Of a stretch of 30,111 nucleotides of DNA, positions 26,293 to 30,111 are shown one piece after another. The notes beneath the pieces were generated by a model, which made no database searches, had not been told where the DNA came from, and saw only the letters and a program-made list of their open reading frames with translations. The position numbers were made by a program, and so were the translations under genes. This DNA is from an uncultured Acetobacteraceae bacterium. Lineage in GTDB: Bacteria; Pseudomonadota; Alphaproteobacteria; CACIAM-22H2. The stretch is from positions 9,996 through 40,106 of the forward strand of contig CAZLYV010000003.1 of the NCBI GenBank assembly GCA_964563665.1. The letters are read 5' to 3'. Within the stretch, counting starts at the first letter, position 1; the number at the start of each line of letters is the position of its first letter.

Positions 26293-27405
26293 ATGACCTC
26301 GGACCACAACGGCCGCGCCGTCGCCGACAATCGCGCGCCCTATCTCAAGATCCAGCATCTCACGAAGCTGTTCGGCGCGTTCGCGGCGCTCAAGGACGTC
26401 TCGTTCGAAGTCTATCTCGGCGAGTTCGTCTGCTTCCTTGGCCCTTCCGGCTGCGGAAAGACGACGCTTCTGCGGGCGATCGCCGGGCTCGACATCCAGT
26501 CGAACGGGCGGATCGAACAGGGCGGGCGCGATATTTCCGGGCTGCCGCCCTCCGAGCGCGATTTTGGCATCGTCTTCCAGTCCTACGCGCTGTTCCCGAA
26601 TCTGACCGTGTTCGCCAATGTGGCCTATGGGCTTCGTTCGCGTGGGCTGAGGGGCACGGCGATGGAGGCGCGCGTCGCCGAATTGCTGGCGCTCGTCGGC
26701 CTGCCGGAGGAGAGGAGAAAATATCCCTCCCAGCTTTCTGGTGGGCAGCAGCAGCGCGTGGCGCTTGCCCGCGCGCTCGCCACCTCGCCGGGCCTGCTTT
26801 TGCTGGATGAACCGCTGTCGGCCCTCGATGCGCGCGTGCGCATGCGGCTGCGCCACGAGGTCAAGGCGTTGCAACGCCGGCTGGGCGTGACCACGGCCAT
26901 GGTCACCCACGACCAGGAAGAGGCGCTTACCATGGCCGATCGCATCGTGGTGATGAATCACGGCGTGATCGAACAGATCGGCACGCCGTTGGAGATCTAT
27001 CGCCATCCGGCGACCCCGTTCGTCGCCGACTTCGTCGGCACGATGAATTTTCTCGAGGGCGTACTCGCGGGGCCCGGACGCGTCGGACTCGGAACGATCG
27101 AGATCGCCTGCCCGCCCTCGGATGGCCTGGCGGTCGGAACGCCGGTGCAGATCTGCTTCCGGCCGGAAGACGTCAGCGTTCGCGGCGTCGAGGCGACGAC
27201 GCCAAACGTCGTGCCGGTCGAGATCACCAGCCTCGATTTTCTCGGCTCGTTCTGCCGGGCGACCCTCAAGCCGCAGAACGACGACCGGGCGGAGTTCATC
27301 GCCGATTTCTCGATCAACCTGATGCGCGACCTCGATCTCGCCGCCGGAAAAAGGCTCCCGGTGGCGCTGCCGCCCGGGCGCATCAAGGTGTTCGCGAGGC
27401 CCTAG
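26293..27405 (+). CDS. Putative 2-aminoethylphosphonate ABC transporter ATP-binding protein (PhnT2/AepV-like)
   Basis: FVCFLGPSGCGKTTLLRAIAGLD, RDFGIVFQSYALFPNL, LSGGQQQR, LLLDEP and VTHDQEEA. Confidence 0.88.
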   Translation: MTSDHNGRAVADNRAPYLKIQHLTKLFGAFAALKDVSFEVYLGEFVCFLGPSGCGKTTLLRAIAGLDIQSNGRIEQGGRDISGLPPSERDFGIVFQSYALFPNLTVFANVAYGLRSRGLRGTAMEARVAELLALVGLPEERRKYPSQLSGGQQQRVALARALATSPGLLLLDEPLSALDARVRMRLRHEVKALQRRLGVTTAMVTHDQEEALTMADRIVVMNHGVIEQIGTPLEIYRHPATPFVADFVGTMNFLEGVLAGPGRVGLGTIEIACPPSDGLAVGTPVQICFRPEDVSVRGVEATTPNVVPVEITSLDFLGSFCRATLKPQNDDRAEFIADFSINLMRDLDLAAGKRLPVALPPGRIKVFARP

Positions 27406-27412
27406 GGCAAGC

Positions 27413-29113
27413 ATGGCGACGATCGTTGCCGAAGCTCCGATCCCGGTGCGTCGCACGCTCGACCGCGACGACTGGATCATGCGGACGTGCCTGGTGGTGC
27501 TTGCCGCCTGGCTGGTCATCGGCGTCGCGCTGCCGCTCTACACCCTGCTTTCGAAAAGTTTCGCCGATCATGGCGGGCGATTCGTCTGGTTCGCCAACTA
27601 CGTCACCTACTTCTCGAACCCGGCGCTGTTCCAGTCGGTGTGGAACAGTTTCAGCGTGTCGCTGATCGCAACCGCGATCACCATTCCGCTCGCCTTCGTC
27701 TACGCCTATGCGCTCACCCGGAGCTGCATGCCGGCGAAGGGACTGTTCCGCACGCTGGCATTGATCCCGATCCTGGCGCCTTCGCTCCTGCCGGCGATTT
27801 CATTCATCTACCTGTTCGGCAACCAGGGTCTATTGCGGGGCATCATGTTCGGCCAGCCGATTTATGGCCCGCTCGGCATCATCATGGCCGAGGTGTTCTA
27901 TTGCTTTCCGCACGCGCTGATGATCCTGGTGACCGCCCTCTCGCTCGCCGATGCGCGGCTCTACGAGGCGGCGGTTTCGCTGCGCGCCTCGCGTTTGCGG
28001 ATCTTCTTTACCGTCACCCTGCCGGGGGCGAAATACGGCCTGATTAGCGCGTCTTTCGTCATCTTCACGCTGGTGCTCACCGATTTTGGAATTCCGAAAG
28101 TGATCGGCGGAAAATTCAACGTGTTGGCGACCGACGTCTACAAACAGGTGATCGGCCAGCAAAACTTCGAGATGGGCGCGGTCGTCGGCATGGTGCTGCT
28201 GGCGCCCGCGGCGCTCGCCTTCCTCGCCGACCGTCTGGTGCAGAGGAAACAAGTGGCGCTTCTTTCGGCCCGCGCGGTGCCGCTCGAACCCCAGCCCAGC
28301 GCCCGCTTCGACTGGCTGATGTTCGCCTTCTCAGGGATCGTCGCGGCGATGATCTTCAGCGTACTTGCCGTCGCCGGTTGGGCCTCGCTGATAAAATTCT
28401 GGCCCTATGACCTGTCGTACACTTGGGCGAACTACAATTTCAACAACTTCGATTCGGCGGGCTGGTCGTCGTACTGGAACTCGATCCGGATGGCGGCGTG
28501 GACCGCGGTCGTTGGCACGGCGATCATCTTCTCGGGCGCCTACCTGGTCGAGAAATGCAAGGGCTTCGCGCTTGGCCGCGGTTTCGTGCAGCTGCTCGCC
28601 ATGCTGCCGCTGGCGGTGCCGGGGCTGGTGCTGGGGCTGGCCTACATCTTCTTCTTCAATCACCCGGCGAACCCGCTTGGATTCCTCTATGGAACGATGG
28701 CGATCCTGGTGATCAACACGGTCTCGCATTTCTACACCGTGAGCCACCTGACGTCGGTCACCGCGCTAAAGCAGCTCGATGCCGAGTTCGAGGCCGTCTC
28801 CGCCTCGCTCAAGGTGCCGTTCTACGTCACGTTCTGGAAGGTCACCGTGCCGGTGTGCCTGCCGGCGATCCTCGATATCAGCATCTACATGTTCGTCAAT
28901 GCGATGACGACAGTGTCGGCGGTGATCTTCCTCTATTCGACCGACACCAAGCTCGCCTCGGTCGCGGTGGTGAACATGGACGACGCCGGCGCGACGGCGG
29001 CCGCCGCGGCGATGGCGATGATGATCGTCTATACCTCGGCCGGCGTGCGCGCGGTCAACGCGCTGCTGACCGCCGGGCTCCGGCGCCGCACCCAGGCATG
29101 GCGCCGCCGTTAA
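27413..29113 (+). CDS. Putative 2-aminoethylphosphonate ABC transporter fused permease (PhnU2/AepW-like)
   Basis: 566 aa with two EAA loops (LYEAAVSLRAS; EFEAVSASLKV). APSLLPAISFIYLFGNQG, DFGIPKVIGG and FVNAMTTVSAVIFLY. Confidence 0.88.
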   Translation: MATIVAEAPIPVRRTLDRDDWIMRTCLVVLAAWLVIGVALPLYTLLSKSFADHGGRFVWFANYVTYFSNPALFQSVWNSFSVSLIATAITIPLAFVYAYALTRSCMPAKGLFRTLALIPILAPSLLPAISFIYLFGNQGLLRGIMFGQPIYGPLGIIMAEVFYCFPHALMILVTALSLADARLYEAAVSLRASRLRIFFTVTLPGAKYGLISASFVIFTLVLTDFGIPKVIGGKFNVLATDVYKQVIGQQNFEMGAVVGMVLLAPAALAFLADRLVQRKQVALLSARAVPLEPQPSARFDWLMFAFSGIVAAMIFSVLAVAGWASLIKFWPYDLSYTWANYNFNNFDSAGWSSYWNSIRMAAWTAVVGTAIIFSGAYLVEKCKGFALGRGFVQLLAMLPLAVPGLVLGLAYIFFFNHPANPLGFLYGTMAILVINTVSHFYTVSHLTSVTALKQLDAEFEAVSASLKVPFYVTFWKVTVPVCLPAILDISIYMFVNAMTTVSAVIFLYSTDTKLASVAVVNMDDAGATAAAAAMAMMIVYTSAGVRAVNALLTAGLRRRTQAWRRR

Positions 29114-30030
29114 CTCGCCGATTTCGCCATCCCGCGCTCAGCGTCGATGAGGCCGCTTCCCGCGCGGCGGCGTTGCCGTGCTGGTCGCGCGCGGTCGAGC
29201 CGCGGCCGCTGCCGGGCGGGATCACCAACCGAAATTTCGTCGTCGAGGACGGAGGAGCACGTTACGTCGTTCGCGTCGGCGGCGACATCCTCGTCCACGG
29301 GGTGATGCGCTTCAACGATCTCGCCGCGGCGCGGGCGGCGCACGCCGCCGGGCTGTCGCCCGCCGTGATCCACGCCGAACCCGACGCCGTGGTGTTCGCG
29401 TTCATCGAGGGCCGAACGCTGGCGCCCGCCGACGTGCGGGAGCCGGCGATGCTCGGGCGAATCCTGCCGATGGTTCGCGCCTGCCATCACGAGGTGCCGA
29501 AGCACCTGCGCGGACCGGTGCTGGCCTTCTCCGTCTTCCATGTCATCCGCGACTATGCGGCGACGCTCAAGGAGGGCGGCAGCCGCCATGCGGCCGATCT
29601 CAGCCGATGGGTGGACATCTCCGCTAGACTTTGCCGCGCGGTGGGGCCGATCGATCTCGTCTTCGGCCACAACGATCTGCTCGCCGCCAACTTCATCGAC
29701 GATGGCACACGGCTATGGTTGATCGATTGGGATTATGCCGGCTTCAACTCGCCGCTGTTCGATCTGGGCGGCCTTGCCGGGAACAACCAGCTCCCGGCCG
29801 CCCAGGAAGAATGGCTGCTCGAAAACTATTTCGCGCGGCCGGCGGACGACCGCCTGCGGCGAAGCTATGCGGCAATGAAGTGCGCGACGCTGCTGCGCGA
29901 GGCGATGTGGAGCCTCGCGGCCGAGCTCTATTCGAACATCGAGCACGACTATGTCGGCTACACCGACGGATGCCTGGGGCGCTTCGAAGCGACGTGGTCG
30001 GCCTTCGCGCGCGATTGGAGCGCACCGTGA
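29098..30030 (+). CDS. Choline/ethanolamine kinase-like phosphotransferase (APH superfamily)
   Basis: GGITNRNF, Brenner motif GHNDLLAANF, and LIDWDYAG. The last in-frame ATG before the conserved core is 29098, overlapping the permease stop by 16 nt (310 aa). The start position is uncertain. Confidence 0.85.
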   Translation: MAPPLTRRFRHPALSVDEAASRAAALPCWSRAVEPRPLPGGITNRNFVVEDGGARYVVRVGGDILVHGVMRFNDLAAARAAHAAGLSPAVIHAEPDAVVFAFIEGRTLAPADVREPAMLGRILPMVRACHHEVPKHLRGPVLAFSVFHVIRDYAATLKEGGSRHAADLSRWVDISARLCRAVGPIDLVFGHNDLLAANFIDDGTRLWLIDWDYAGFNSPLFDLGGLAGNNQLPAAQEEWLLENYFARPADDRLRRSYAAMKCATLLREAMWSLAAELYSNIEHDYVGYTDGCLGRFEATWSAFARDWSAP

Positions 30031-30054
30031 TTCAAATGTGGCACTCTCATCGTT

Positions 30055-30111
30055 CCACCCCCTCCCCGGCGACGCATGCGTCGCCGCCTCCCCCGTCGAA
30101 AAGGGGGAGGC
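30055..30111. repeat. REP-like palindromic element, possibly truncated by the window end
   Basis: C-rich leader, a perfect 18-bp palindrome GGCGACGCATGCGTCGCC (30068-85), then GCCTCCCCC-N8-GGGGGAGGC (30086-30111). Architecture parallels the element at 14975-15061. Confidence 0.7.

Overview
High-GC window with an alphaproteobacterial look (taxonomy inferred from gene content and repeat style). It has four blocks. (1) 1-12.5 kb is a sugar-acid uptake/catabolism region: two TRAP systems, a mannitol-dehydrogenase-family (UxuB-type) oxidoreductase, a UxaA-family dehydratase, a mandelate-racemase-subgroup enolase, two SDRs resembling 2-keto-3-deoxy-sugar-acid 4-dehydrogenases and an RraA/HMG-aldolase-like protein. 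A LigE-like GST and an uncharacterised protein with an Ada-like RPCxxC motif are interspersed. (2) 12.6-18.9 kb holds a PotA/PotD-class ABC importer of unknown substrate with a REP-like palindrome inside it, followed by GST, NUDIX, TusA and DedA genes. (3) 19.0-20.0 kb is tRNA-Thr(UGU) with a 945-bp, integrase-less mini-island bounded by a duplicated tRNA 3' end and carrying only a higBA toxin-antitoxin pair. (4) 20.1-30.1 kb encodes a GcvT-family flavoprotein and a GbcA/Stc2-like Rieske N-demethylase, divergent from a GcvA-type LysR. These are followed by a putative 2-aminoethylphosphonate-type ABC transporter and a choline/ethanolamine-kinase-like gene, which together may be an undescribed pathway for N-methylated aminophosphonates or phosphocholine-like compounds. 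All family calls come from motif recognition by eye; no searches were run.
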